Shown: positions 1 to 15,298 of the stretch, one piece after another | Numbering within the stretch: position 1 is the stretch's first letter | How the letters are laid out: every line of letters begins with the position of its first letter | Source: Eledone cirrhosa | Taxonomy: Eukaryota | Length of the DNA: 64,000 nucleotides | Assembly: GCA_964016885.1 (NCBI GenBank) | Contig: OZ024755.1 | Location: 30,256,001-30,320,000 of the forward strand | Direction: 5' to 3' | Notes under the pieces: model-generated | What the model was told of the DNA's origin: nothing | Seen by the model: only the letters and a program-made list of their open reading frames with translations | The model's database searches: none | Translations under genes and position numbers: made by a program

Positions 1-289
1 TGGGGCGCGCTTCTTTTCGCCCCAGTTTCAAACTTTCAGACGTGTAATATTAATCGATAATCTCTTATTTGTACATCAAGTACTGATTGATTAATATAAA
101 ATTGTAGAACATATATTTATTCATATTCTCGAAATATATCATCAAATAAACGAAAAGTGCGAAAATGCTAAAGAAATTAGACAAAAGTAAATGTACGTAT
201 GTATGTATTATGCAGACATGTAGACCAATCCGCCATCTCCAAGTCTTTATGAAATGTAAATATATATAAGACATGCATACATATCTCTC

Positions 290-358
<69 letters not shown>

Positions 359-589
359 TGCAAATCACGCAACTCAGAGTAGCAAAAGTAAGTAATTCTA
401 ATAACATCTTACAATATATATATATATATTATATATATATGTATATATATATATATGTGTGTGTGTGTGAGTGTGTTTGTGTGTGTGTGCGTGTGTGTGT
501 GTGAGTGTGTTTGTGTGTGTGAGCGCCTGTGTGTGTGTATGTGTGTGTTTATACATGAATATATAAATATAAATGCACATACTACATAA

Positions 590-639
<50 letters not shown>

Positions 640-732
640 TTATATATTTGAAATGCGCAACCAGTAAACACACTTAAAACTAACACTGAATACTAACCAA
701 TACAATTACTAATTTATACTTATTCCTAATTA

Positions 733-1376
<644 letters not shown>

Positions 1377-1590
1377 GTAATAATAAATGTGAAGACTAAA
1401 ATCCGAAGAGGGCTCGATAAGATCCCGTTAAGGTTGAAGGCAACGATTATTTGCTTTAACTTTAATTTGTTCTTATAATATATATATATATATATATACA
1501 TACATAGATACATCTGTATGAATGTATGTGTATGTATAGATACCTATGATTATACATATACATACATGAATATATATAAAACTTAGGAAA

Positions 1591-1673
<83 letters not shown>

Positions 1674-2324
1674 AGAGCGAGAAAAAAGAAACAGAGAAAC
1701 ATTTACAAACATTCACAAACACGTGCATGCATACATACATACATACATACATAAACACATACATACATACATACATGTATACATACATACATACATACAT
1801 ACATACATACATACATACATACACATATACACACATACATACATACATACATACATACATACATACATACATACATACATACATACATACATACATACAT
1901 ACATACATACATGTCCACATGCATAATACACACACACCAGCAATCATGTATTCTAGTTTATCTTACCTCTGGTATTGAGTGTTTGTAACTTTATTTTCCC
2001 CTCTGTAAGACGTGTCTTCAAATCAATCTGGGCTTTAAATGGAGACAAGTATATATATGACTTGTTTCATATAACCGAACGCTTATATCAAGCTCTTCAG
2101 CGATTGGGTTATTTGTCAACGTGATCTTGCGACTTGTCATAACATATTCAATAAAATATTTCAGGACATTAAAGTGAGATTTTGAAATCGATTTCTCTAA
2201 TATGGATCTGACCAAATCATTTTATAGTATTTACTATCAATTAGAGTTTTTTTTTCTTAGTATTTTTGTCATAATACATACATACATACCTACAAACACA
2301 CACATATATATATATATACATGTA

Positions 2325-2399
<75 letters not shown>

Positions 2400-2403
<4 letters not shown>

Positions 2404-2682
2404 TGAGATTCTACAGGACTAGAACTGTTTCATTCATTAGAAATCATCAGGAATCTGGGTATCAAAAAATAAAAATGGTATGTATAGGTCTCTACAAGTG
2501 GTAGGAGAGGGTGGGGAGTGGGATGGGTGTAGGTCATTGGTTGATACCCAGATTCCTGATGATTTCTAATGAATGAAACAGTTCTAGTCCTGTAGAATCT
2601 CATCTATATTAAAACTTTTATACTCTGCTATGTATTGAGTACCTTACTTACTGTGGTTACCTCCGATTCAACCCGGAATAAC
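2400..2682. mobile_element. Short PLE-like terminal element with inverted duplication (2400-2465 vs 2541-2606) inserted in (TA)n
   Basis: Perfect inverted repeat containing a hammerhead; a related minus-strand tail lies at about 13282-13375. Confidence 0.7.
2550..2600 (+). ncRNA. Type I hammerhead ribozyme (inverted copy at 2406-2456, minus)
   Basis: AGATTC-CTGATGA-T TTC TAAT GAA T-GAAA CAG..CT-GTA^GAATCT. Confidence 0.8.
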
Positions 2683-2948
2683 GTATATATATATATATAA
2701 TACATGCATATATATATGTGTGTGTATGTATGTATTATATATATATATATATATATAAATAAGCATGTATTATATATATATATATGCATGTATTATATAT
2801 ATGTATATACATACACATACACACACATATATATATATATATAGGAAAATGTATGACCCCGACGGCAGAGCTCAATCCGTTTCGACGGCTATTTCTGGAC
2901 AATTATGGTGCGTTATGGTCCATTTGGTTCCTTACCACAACTCCTTCG

Positions 2949-3039
<91 letters not shown>

Positions 3040-3963
3040 CAGGAGACTGGACTGGTGTATTCCTTAAAAGGTTTATTATACTAGGATCATTTCAATGACC
3101 GGGTTCAGTATTGACCATACGGAATGACCAGTTCTGTCCAGTGGTGAACCAACAAACCTATATATATATATATATATATACGATATTAAATAAATGGAGA
3201 AGGCATAACATATTTTTAATATGATATCCCTGAAATATATATAATTAAATAAATATGGTTTTATAAATATAGTTTCCATTTATTTAATATCGTAAATATA
3301 CTCCAAATACTTGTTGAGTGCTTTTATATCAGTTATAAATATTTACTCGTTGTTAACCCAACAATTTAAATAAAACTTTGCATATATATATATATATATA
3401 TACATATAGAAAATGAGATTTATTTAATTATGTCTCATATAAAATAGTTGTTTCTACTTTTGGCACAAGGCCAGAAATTACCCAGTACATTACTGGTACT
3501 TTATTTTATCGACCCCGTAAGGATGAAAGGGAAAGTTAACCTCGGCGGGATTTGAACTCAGTTCGTAAAGGGACGTAAGTGTGCTGCAAAGCATGGCGTC
3601 TGATCCTCTAGCGATACTGCCAACAGCCGACTATGCATAGAATACAATATAGTTAGCACCCAAACGTATAATTGGGATTATACTTAGGTATTTCCTAATG
3701 TTTGCTGAGTGAGATGAAAGTTGGTCGGCGTATCGCTAAATGCTTTCTCTGTTAATGTATTAAGTATATATGTATGTATTTTATATATATAAATACATAT
3801 ATATATATATTTGTATGTATTTCATATATATAAATACATATATATATGTATGTATTTTATATATATATAAATACATATATATAGTATTAAGGATACTATT
3901 TATGGTTATGTATATACTAAAACCTTTTATAGTTATATATATTTTAAACCCTAAATTGAAAAA

Positions 3964-4012
3964 TTGCTCCGAAGACTCCAAGCCTCGGTTTGGAAGAAAC
4001 AATTGTAAGTGA
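3964..4012 (+). ncRNA. Hammerhead-like motif, CCGAAGA core variant
   Basis: TTGCT-CCGAAGA-C TCCAAGC CTCG GTTTGGA A-GAAAC AATT GTA^AGTGA; palindromic stem III; related degenerate copy at 21793-21840. Confidence 0.6.
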
Positions 4013-4055
4013 ATAAATGGTTTAAACAGAACATTGATTCATGTAATTTCTATAC

Positions 4056-4088
<33 letters not shown>

Positions 4089-4111
4089 TGTATGTATGTA
4101 TGTATGTATGC

Positions 4112-4412
4112 AATCGATAGGTTGTGAGTTCGAATCTTGGCCCGGGTGATGGATGCCTTGTATCCTTGGGCAAGAGCCTTTATTTCACGTTGCTCCAGTT
4201 TAATCAGCGTTAGAAATAATTGGCGATGTCACTGATTCCAAGCTGTTTTCGACCATTACCTGTCCCTTAGACAACATCGGTGCCGTGGAGAATGGAGTCT
4301 GGTATGCACGGGTGACTGCTAGATTCCCACAAACAACCTTGCCCCGACATGTGTCTCAGAGGGGAACTTTCTAGGTGCAAATCCCATGGTCATTTATGAC
4401 GGAAAGTTTTTT
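4112..4412 (+). mobile_element. Second tRNA-derived SINE family
   Basis: GAGTTCGAATC B box, TCCTTGGGCAAG..TATTTCACGTTGCTCCAG; related heads at 44406-44560 and 54348-54470. Confidence 0.7.
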
Positions 4413-4435
4413 ACCCTATATATATATATATCTAT

Positions 4436-5119
4436 CTAGGGCGGGTAAAATTCCCGAGATCCATGGACGAGTTCACTCCAGCGGTCTCTGTCCCTCATTA
4501 TCGCTGCCATGTCCTGCGTCTCCAGCAGACCAGTGTTTGTCCTTAGGGCATCAACATACGTTAACCATGGTCTTCCACTTCCAGTGTGTCCATGTTCGGT
4601 GAGAATGTCCAGCTAACCTCAGTCTCCTCTGTGTCACTTTTGAGCTGACTTTTGGGAGGCTCCCATACAGCTCTGAGTTTTTCATCCTCAGTGTATACTG
4701 ATTAATGTTCAGAGCCATCCTCAGCATTCTCGTGTAGCACCCATCCACCATCTGAGTGAGTTTCTTGGTCAGTGTCCAAGTCTCAAACCCGTACAGCAGC
4801 ACAGACTCCACTACAGCAATGAAGAGGCGGATTTTCAGGTCTTTACGAAGATCCGACTTCCACACCGATCTCAAGCTGTGGCACGCCGCCCAGGCTTTGC
4901 TCTTCCTCTCAACCACATCATCTTCCGTATTCCCAATCTTTGCTCCCAAATACAGGAAGTCCTCAACCAATTCTAGCGGCTTCCCGCCTACATTAGTGAT
5001 CCCCTCTGGCTTCTCAACATTCTCTATCAGATATTTTGTTTTAGTCTCATTCATTCTCAGCCCCACAATCATCGACACAGTCTCAACCTCTCGCATCAAA
5101 ACCTCTGCCTCCTTCACTG
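4436..5119 (-). mobile_element. RTE-clade LINE 3' fragment (RT C-terminus)
   Basis: GLRMNETKTK...VEDFLYLGA...LKIRLFIAVVESVLLYGFETWTLT...RRLRLAGH; internal deletion relative to the 50912 copy. Confidence 0.9.
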
Positions 5120-5181
5120 TATATATATATATATATATATACATATATATATAGTGTGGGTAGTATAGCGAAGTACTGGTT

Positions 5182-5271
5182 TTTGTCAAACGAGCAGATC
5201 GATACTGGAATCGGGCCCATACTTCCTATGGGTTACCTTGAGTCGACCGTCTGCGAAACGCTCGTAACAGG
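5182..5271 (+). ncRNA. Degenerate hammerhead-like motif with long stem II
   Basis: TTTGT-CAAACGA-GCAGA...TCTGC-GAAACG CT CGTA^ACAGG; core deviates from CUGANGA. Confidence 0.4.
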
Positions 5272-5374
5272 TTATACAATAAATATTTTTCAGATGTAAA
5301 CGAAAGTTCCTCCTTTTCTTTTATTATATATACATACATGTACACACACACACCACATATATATATATATATAC

Positions 5375-5464
<90 letters not shown>

Positions 5465-5526
5465 TTATATATATATACATTTATATATATATACATTTAT
5501 ATATATATACATATATATATATATAC

Positions 5527-5576
<50 letters not shown>

Positions 5577-5728
5577 TTATATATATATACATTTATATAT
5601 ATATACATTTATATATATATACATATATATACATTTATATATATATACATATATATATATATACATATATTTATATATATATATATATATATATACATTT
5701 ATATATATATACATTTATATATATATAC

Positions 5729-5785
<57 letters not shown>

Positions 5786-5804
5786 TACATATATATATAT
5801 ATAT

Positions 5805-5879
<75 letters not shown>

Positions 5880-5890
5880 CATATATATAC

Positions 5891-5965
<75 letters not shown>

Positions 5966-5975
5966 TATACACATA

Positions 5976-6072
<97 letters not shown>

Positions 6073-6127
6073 TTCATTTCATTTGAGTTTGAGTCCATGC
6101 TCAGGCCAAGTCGAAGACTCCACCCTG

Positions 6128-6355
<228 letters not shown>

Positions 6356-6391
6356 TATACATTTATATATATATACATATATATATACATT

Positions 6392-6422
<31 letters not shown>

Positions 6423-6545
6423 TTCTACATTTATATATATATATATACATTTATAATATATATATATACATTTATAATATATATATATATATACATTTAT
6501 AATATATATATATATACATTTATAATATATATATATACATTTATA

Positions 6546-6599
<54 letters not shown>

Positions 6600-7207
6600 A
6601 TTGGCATAATTTTGTATTGCATTATTCTTGAAAGCTTTAATGAAATGGTGCTGAGTCAACTCATTGAGATAAAGTAGTACTATTTCTGTTTTCTAATGTT
6701 TGTAATAGATTGGGGGGGGGGGGGGCTTGCTATCGATTATGTTGACTACAGGACATTATATGAAATCACATAAAGCAGAAAGACAAAAAAATATCTTCCC
6801 ACAACATTAATTTATGTAACTATCTAATTGTTTCTATTTTTGGCACAAGGCCAGCAAATACCCAGTGCATTACTGGTACTTTATTTTATCGACCCCCGTA
6901 AGGATGAAAGACAAAATTAACCTCGACGGGATTTGAACTCAGACCGTAAAGGGACATAACTATGATGGAAAGCATGGCGTCCGACCCTCTACTGGTACTG
7001 CCAATATAATGGTTCTTAAGACCAACAATTTCGAAGTGATGGGAAATTCGATTATATTGACCCAAGTACTTCAATTTTACCAACGAAAAATTTGACCCCA
7101 TTCGATATTTGAGAAGAACGCCGTTAGATATTGTAATTTCACTATTGAGACTTTGTTCTTATTCTTCTTGACAATTTTAACACACATACACACGCATACA
7201 CGTTCTT

Positions 7208-7281
<74 letters not shown>

Positions 7282-7284
7282 GTG

Positions 7285-7321
<37 letters not shown>

Positions 7322-7448
7322 CAAGGACGAATGGTTACTCCTTCATTACGTTTATTGGTTGGTGACGCGGGTTTCGCTACTGATCAGCTCAAGGTTCGAT
7401 CTGTATCGATCTGGTCTGACTCTGGAATCAAACGCTCGTCGAACTTCT

Positions 7449-7488
<40 letters not shown>

Positions 7489-7852
7489 AACGGAGTTAAA
7501 GACTCACCTTAATCCCCTATGATTTAATGAACTCAAGGAATAGATTCTGAGCTCTTTATAAATCATCATTGGCAGTATCAGTAGAGGGTCGGACGCCGTA
7601 CTTTCTAGCATAGTTACGTCCCTTTACGATCTGAGTTCAAATCCCGCCGAGGTTGACTTTGCCTTTCATCCTTACGGGGTCGATAAAATAAAGTACCAGT
7701 AATGCACTGGGTAATTGCTGGCCTTGTGCCTAAAGTAGAGACGATTATATAGAGAGAAGTACAGGTATGTGTTTAATCATAGGGGATAAAAAAAACCCAC
7801 CAGAATGATACACACATACATACATAGACACATGACACGCCAACGAATATAT

Positions 7853-7918
<66 letters not shown>

Positions 7919-8066
7919 TTAGAGGGTATGGTAAGATACCAGGTAGAGCATAACGCACCAAAGTACTCAATACTTGGGGTAGTAGAGTGGGTAATATGAA
8001 AAGGGTCAAGATCTAGCTGTCGAAACGGCCAGAGCTCAGCCGTCGGGGTCCTGATTCTCTTCATAG

Positions 8067-8151
<85 letters not shown>

Positions 8152-8749
8152 TAGGTATAAAGAGAAAGAGAGTGTGTCTGTGAGAGAGATAGAGAGACAG
8201 CAAAGATAGGTGGGTACATAGAAGCTTTATAGACTGGCAGGGAGCGAGAAAGTAGGTATCACTGAAAACAAACCATACATATAAAGGATAAGACGTAAAA
8301 CAAAACAAAAAATAGCAATAAAGAAACAATGAATGGTGGTGATGGTGAGGTCAGCAAGAAAACAGCCATAAACGGAAGTATGAACAGTAGGCAAGCAGGC
8401 AAGTAAGCCCACAGGTATTCATAATACACGTATACACATATAGGTTGACAGGGAGACTGATTTTATGGTTATGGGTAAAAAAAAAAAAAAAAATGATGTC
8501 AGCGCGACAATGAAAAGTGTTTCAGTCTCAAGTAAAAAAAAACAAAAAACGTAATTAATTATACTAAAAGGAAAGGGTAATAAAATAGAACTACGGTCTA
8601 GGACATGAAACGTCTATAAGCAATGTGAAAGGGAAAGAGTGAGGAAGATTTAGGCAGTAGAATTAAGTAAAACTTAAGGAAATCTATACAGACTGTGAGT
8701 GTGTGTCGCTATATATTTACCAGTCCTGAACACAAAGGAACCAAACTCC

Positions 8750-9128
8750 CACTGTCACTGCTGCCTCAGTGTGAGTGTGTGTCTGTGAAACATATACATA
8801 TATACCAGGCCCGAACATAAAGTAACTAAACTCCCACTGTCACTGCCTCCGTATTTCCTGCGCTCCCCATTTGTCACTATTGTAAGAAAATGGGGACCCA
8901 CGCCTTGGCTTCGCCGCGGCCACGGTGGACAGAATAGAGAAGGCATTTCCCCGGGGGAGGGGGAGGGAGACGCACTGGACGAGCATTGCAGCTCGTGAGG
9001 CTCACAGCTGCGGATAGATAGCCAACTCTGTCTCAATGGTGGTGAGTAGGGAGGTGGCCCTAGGGCCAAGGACACCAGAAGTCTCCACTGCTACGTGCTC
9101 GACCGCAAACCCGGCCCGAAGTGCAGCA
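8750..9128 (-). mobile_element. CRE-like (RLE) non-LTR retrotransposon 3' fragment
   Basis: Minus: VAVETSGVLGPRATSLLTTI...CEP; homologous to 54990-55300; 3' UTR relative at about 31290-31410 (plus). Confidence 0.7.
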
Positions 9129-9879
9129 GATTGTGGATTGGCAGTATCGGTAGAGGGTCGGGCGCCATGCTTCGACGCATAGAGTTACGTCCCTTTCCAT
9201 TCTGAGTTCAAATCCCGTCAAGGTTAACTTTGCCTTTCATCCTTAATGGGTCGATAAAATAAAGTACCAGTAATGCACTGGGTAATTGCTGGCCTTGTGC
9301 CAAAAGTCGAAACAGTTATAAATGGGTCATTAGATATTTACGATAGGGAAAGAGACAGACGAAGTCTCTTTCAACCTGACAACAAAATAAAAAGCAAAAT
9401 ACAATCTTGAAATTACTAAATGTTGGTAAGAATTTGGGAAGGACAGATGTGAAATATGAAGATATTAAGATATTAGAAAAGAGGGAAGTAGAGATAAAAT
9501 AATGAATCATAATTCAACTAAATTGAGTAAAGAATGGGAGAGGGAGAACAATGTAGGGAGAGAGAGAAAGGATTATTGTTAAAATAAGAGAAGAAAAAGA
9601 GAGGGAAGAAGAGAAAGGAAAGAGGGCTGAAATGTAAAGAGGTGCAGGTAACAACAACAACAACAACAGCAGCAGCAGCAGCAATAGCAAGAATAAGGAC
9701 AAATCATACTATTGAAATGTGTAGTAGTTTCAGTATTCAAGCAATTATAATTATGCGGAAATTATAAGCGGGAAGTTGTTGGACAGACGGAGGGGTAGGT
9801 ATGTTGATATGTAGATAGGTAGGGAGAGAGAGGGGGGTAAGAAGAGGGGAAGAGGGGGGGGGGGAGGACAGAGAGACAG

Positions 9880-10104
9880 ACGGAGAGAGAAGATAGAGCG
9901 AGAGAGAGAGGCAGAGGGAGAGAGAGAGAGGGGAAAGAGAGAGAGAGGGCGTGAGAGGTAGAGAGGGAAAGAGAGAAACAGAGAGAGTGAGTGAGAGACA
10001 GAGAGAGAGAGAGAGACGAAGAGAGAGACAGAGAGAGAGAGAGAGACGAAGAGAGAGACAGAGAGAGAGAGAGAGAAACAGAGAGAGAAACAGAGAGAGA
10101 GAGA

Positions 10105-10135
<31 letters not shown>

Positions 10136-10136
10136 G

Positions 10137-10181
<45 letters not shown>
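9880..10181. repeat. (GA)n-rich tract
   Basis: Directly visible. Confidence 0.95.
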
Positions 10182-10183
<2 letters not shown>

Positions 10184-10339
10184 GTAAAAATTATATTGTT
10201 GGCTCAAGTAGACCAATGCATCGATGTTAATGCGTTTAGTTAAATTTTGTTTTTCATATTTCCACAAGTTTGTGTGCGTGTTTTTAACCCAGAAAAAGGC
10301 TCTTTCAATGGAATTTAGACAACTAGTTAATTATCTGAG

Positions 10340-10815
10340 GCAGTTTTCGTTTGTGTGATAGCTATGGCGAAAGAGGTTGTATGGTGGACGAGGTTGAAAG
10401 GGCTGAGGTCAGACACCTTTCTCTCCGGCCAACAACTGATTCTTTTTTTCAAATACCACTTTGGAAGAAGAATCAGGATGGAGAGAGAGGTGCTGTAGCC
10501 CAGCAAGTTTTATGAAAGGTGGGTGAAAGTGGCGAGAATGGTCCGAGTGGTTGGGCCTTCTCTCTATATCAGCCTGTAGGTTGAGGAAAAAGAGGAAGAG
10601 AGGAAAGGGGTACTCACTCTTCGTACTCCTGGAGATGAGGGTTGCACATTTTTTCGGGGGTATGTGTTACCCATACGTAATGTCTCCCCCTATTGGGGAA
10701 AATCGATTGATTTTCAAAATGCATATATGATAGTATTTTACACGTTTTTATTGTATGTAAACTTCCCCCTTTGTATTTGTCCCCTTCTTTTGTGCCCCTG
10801 TGGCTAATAAAGAAA
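10340..10815 (+). mobile_element. L1/Tx1-like LINE 3' fragment
   Basis: VIAMAKEVVWWTRLKGL...LILFFKYHF..RIRMER..L..SKFYERW; ends ...GTGGCTAATAAAGAAA; similar tails at about 39240-39305 and 41760-41845. Confidence 0.6.
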
Positions 10816-11093
10816 CATATCTATGTTTGTATTTGTGAAGGTGACCAGATATAGATGTCGCCGTATGTCTGGATATATTTTGAATTATATATTATATATT
10901 CATATCTTTCTATATCTTTGTGAGTACTTCCAGTTATTACAGTCTAACATTCGGGAAATGTTTTAAATATTTTTACAGTTCCATTAACACGGAATGTACT
11001 TGAAATATTCTAATTAACCGTGTTCTGTCTGTCTGTATGTATGTATGTACGTATGTGAAATTGAAATTGTCACGAAGCAAGTGATTAATATAT

Positions 11094-11167
<74 letters not shown>

Positions 11168-11255
11168 ACATGAATGGACCTGCTATTTTTATCTAAAGAC
11201 ATGTTTTGCAATTCCAATCCGCCCGTCCCTTCAATCTATCTTATTTCTTACTCTT

Positions 11256-11291
11256 TCTTCTGATGAAAGACTAGCGTCCGAAACGTTAAGA
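11256..11291 (+). ncRNA. Minimal (dimer-type) hammerhead motif
   Basis: TCTT-CTGATGA-AA GAC TAGC GTC C-GAAAC GTT^AAGA; loopless palindromic stem III as in PLE minimal HHRs. Confidence 0.6.
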
Positions 11292-11376
11292 CCCTCTTTC
11301 TTCAATTTCAAGCGTTAACCTAATATATTCCTTTCATGTATTGTACCGATTGTGTTGTTATTTCTGTTTCCCTTTT

Positions 11377-11790
11377 ACATACATACATACATAATACATA
11401 CATACATACATACATACATACATACATACATACATACATGGTGGCTGCCAACTCGTTTTCGAGTACGGCCACTACTTTATATCCATGTAGGAGAACTCCT
11501 ACCAATGCGCTGAACGAATGTGACTTTAGTCCAGCCAGCGACTTGAAAACTCTGGTACAAACACTACACCTGTGACAATTATTGACACATAGTGCTGGGC
11601 CCATGGTACCATGTGACGACAAGTGCAGAGAGATCTCCAGATATAAAGCAATGCCTGTGTCGTGAAGCTTTTATAGTGAGCAAAGGCACTGCACAAAGCC
11701 AGTCCCACTCTCTTAACCAAGATGATATTTACCAAAAAGAAGAACAAGTCAACATCATTGGATACCATCAGAGTTGCAGGTGTTATATCA
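11377..11790 (-). mobile_element. Retroposon with RTE-BovB-like zinc-finger 3' end and (TATG)n tail
   Basis: CSVCTRVFKSLAGLKSH; near-identical to 25017-25430 in the opposite orientation. Confidence 0.7.
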
Positions 11791-11874
11791 GAGTTTTCCT
11801 TCTCCTAGAATTCTGCCTTGACAAAGGCTAAGGGGTCATCTCTCCCAGATGTACATACATACATACATACATAC

Positions 11875-12947
11875 AGTCAGACAGTTCGGGTGTGGCACTA
11901 ACACCTGCTTCCTGAAGCTCCCACACTTCAGTGACGAAATAACAACAGCCATCCGCAGAGCTTATCAGACGAGAGAGACTAGATATCCAACTAGCCCACT
12001 CAGGACCTTCTCTACGCGGACAGCTAACCAAAAGACACTCCACCAGACATGACAACTGCTGCAAGCTAGCCAACTGCCCCATCAACGACACAGACCTATG
12101 CCACCAGGCTTACGTCGTATACAGACTAGAGTGCGACAAATGCAGCAACTTCTACGTAGGTAGCACCAGCAGACCACTTCACATAAGAATAAAAGAACAC
12201 CTCAATACTAACGCTTCCTCATTTAAGAAACACCGAGTGAAATGCAAAAACACCGACAAAAACATAACAGTTAGGATAGAAACTAAGGAAAGAAACCTCG
12301 GCAATCTTAGAATTAAGGAAGCACTGATTATAGACAAAACGCAACCACCAATCAATAATAGACTAGAACTGAACACCCAATTTTTAACATGATAGAGTAC
12401 CTAGCCCCACACTCACACCCACCCTCTCTCACACACACACACACGCTTACACCTCCACTTATTCTCTCTCACACACACATACACATACAAAGACCAGTCT
12501 TAACATGATAGAGCATCTAGCCCCCACATTTACATATAGACATATCTTCTCACACTCACACACACACATATACTTACGCCTTCACGTATTCTCCCACACA
12601 CTTAAACATACATGTACAAAACCCCTTTTAAAGGGAGACAACTCTTTATCCACCTAACCTTCACTCTTTGACATTAGACATAGAATGGAATCTCTATACC
12701 ATTTCCTGTCAGCATGACTTGGCAAGCTGATTAGAACACTGGATTAACCCCTTTACTTCCCTCCGAAGAAGAGATATTATCTCGAAAATTAAGGATATTT
12801 AAATAAATTTAAGGTAAAAGACTAATTGTCAACAATATCTTTTGCATTTGCCTTTATATTCTATATCCATACCTGCATTGTCTTGGCCTTCCAACTCCAA
12901 ACGTGTATATCTCATTACGCAATGCTTCAAGTAAACTACAACTTCCT

Positions 12948-12950
<3 letters not shown>
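11875..12950 (+). mobile_element. 5'-truncated Penelope-like retroelement (RT C-terminal linker, GIY-YIG endonuclease, 3' UTR/pLTR)
   Basis: Translates to FLKLPHFSDEITTAIRRAY, then after a frameshift/stop to CHQAYVVYRLECDKCSNFYVGSTSRPLHIRIKEH...LRIKEALIIDKTQPPINNR; HHR-like motif at 12759-12796; ends in (TA)n. Confidence 0.88.
12051..12392 (+). pseudogene. GIY-YIG endonuclease domain of the Penelope-like element
   Basis: Open frame of 113 codons with VVY-x9-FYVG-ST-R...R-xx-EH...E...P-xx-N motifs, stop TGA at 12390-12392; not in the ORF track (no start codon). Confidence 0.88.
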
Positions 12951-13013
<63 letters not shown>

Positions 13014-13209
13014 AAAACAGGGAGAAAAAGACGATTATTAGGAAGAAAAATATATTTTTTTCCCTTATTATTTCTTTCTCTCTTTTTTTCTGGGTTAGAA
13101 AATGATTAAAACGAAATATTTTACTGTGTTAATGTATTAGTTGATTTATTTATTAATTAACAATGGCATTTATTTATTTATTTATATATTTAATAATTGT
13201 ATATTTTAT

Positions 13210-13281
<72 letters not shown>

Positions 13282-13375
13282 CAGTTTATCCCGGGTTCAA
13301 TCGGGGGTAACCACAGTAAGTTAGGTACTCAATACATAGGAGAGTATAAATATTTAATATAGTCCTGTAGAAGCC

Positions 13376-13422
<47 letters not shown>

Positions 13423-13478
13423 TGAACCTAATAAACTACTATTTGTACTGCCTCTCTGTTTTGTCCCTGTCTAAGATT

Positions 13479-13543
<65 letters not shown>

Positions 13544-14138
13544 GAAGTAATTCCGTCGGAAAAGTCCAGGAAAAAAATGGTTTCTTAAAAGCAAAAAATT
13601 TGGAAATCCAAATTCAATAAACAGACCAGGATTTTTTCATTCTGAGGATTGAAAGCAAAATTTTTTGCTTTTAAGAAACCACTGGTAAATGGAATAATTG
13701 CCTTATGTTGTTTATTACATATATATATAGTTATCATTAACGTCGTTGTATTAGCTCATTGTTATTTTGGAATGAATCATTTTTCATTTTCGTCTTCCGT
13801 AATCTTATTCACTTTAATACATACCAAACCAAACTTGGGTTTCTGGTCATTTTTTTAATTAACAAATCCAGGGTATTTATGATGTGATTACCGTCATGTG
13901 CTCGTTTATAAAACTGTTTCTATCTGCCCTTAGTTCTCATTAATTTTGTTTCCATTAGAAAAATCTATCGAATTGTTTAATTTTCTATTTTGCTATCCGA
14001 TGTAAAACAATTTTATTTAGAAACGTAATTACATAGTTTTAATTAATATCGTGACAATAATATTTAATTCCAAAATACGATTCTGGGAACAGGCTCCATA
14101 CATTTGTATATACAAACACGTATACATTTACATATATA

Positions 14139-14177
<39 letters not shown>

Positions 14178-14549
14178 ACACACACATATATATATATGTA
14201 TGTTTGTATGTGCGTGTGTATGTGTTTGTGAATATTGGAGTGTAAATGAGTCTGTAGTTGTAGTAACACGGTAAGACAGAAATACAGAGTTATTGAATGT
14301 CAGATCGGTAACTTATGGTTAGTTCAAATCAGAACATATATCTAGTAGAAGGATACTCTGAAGAGAAATATTGTTGTTCTTCTGCTTCTATATGTTCCAA
14401 ACAACTTTGGACTACTGATAGGAAAGTAGGTTTTGGGGCGCAAAGTAAATGCAGTTCCGTGTATAATTTGTTTCACTCTTTCGCAAGAAGGTTCAGCGTA
14501 ATGAAATGTGTGAGAATGCTAAGTCTAAAATCTAAAGTCTGTCTTAAGT

Positions 14550-14816
14550 CAGAAGGGTCGTTAGGCTAGTGCTTATCCCGGTTTAAGACGTGAAGTGACT
14601 GAGAGTACAAGACTTCTCCCATGGACAGGACGCCAGTCGAGCGCAGGGTTAAGCCCCCAGCTATTGCTGGTACTTATTTTCAGCTGAGTATACTGGAGCA
14701 ATGTAAACTGAAATGTTTTTCTTAAGCACACAACACACAACCCAGCCCAGGAATCGAACACACAACATTATGATTTTAAGTCCAACATCCTTACCACTAG
14801 GCCACGTTGCTCCACC
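14550..14816 (-). mobile_element. tRNA-derived SINE (third family)
   Basis: Minus strand begins GGTGGAGCAACGTGGCCTAGTGGTAAGG...GTTCGATTCC. Confidence 0.7.
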
Positions 14817-15104
14817 GTGAGAATGCTGGCCCTTTGAAAGAAAAGGGCAATTAATTTTTCACCGCTGAGTGGAGTGCAGCAACTTGAAGTAAAAAAATCA
14901 TATATTTCAAAGGGTCATTCTTGTCATATAATACTTTATACTGAATCTCCCTGAGAACTATGTTAAGCGAGCGCGTGGTTGTGGAATCTACAGTCACTTG
15001 CACGTTGATCTCACGTGTAAGCAGTTCCGTAGTTCGAACAATTAGGAAATTCGTCGTCGGAAACGGCTGAGGTCGAACAACACACGCAGACGCACTAACA
15101 TCTA

Positions 15105-15298
15105 TCTATCTATCTATCTATCTAGGGCGGGTAAAATTCCCGAGATCCACGGACAAGTTCTCTCCAGCGGTCTCTGTCCCTCATCATCGCTGCCATGTCC
15201 TGCGTCTCCAAGAGACCTGTGTCTGTCCTTAGGGCAGGGCATCAACAAGTGTCAATCTCGGTCTCACTCATCTAGTGTGTCCGTGTAGGGGCTCCCAC
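15105..15298 (-). mobile_element. RTE LINE extreme 3' end with (TAGA)n tail
   Basis: Homologous to 4436-4600 and 51125-51305. Confidence 0.85.
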
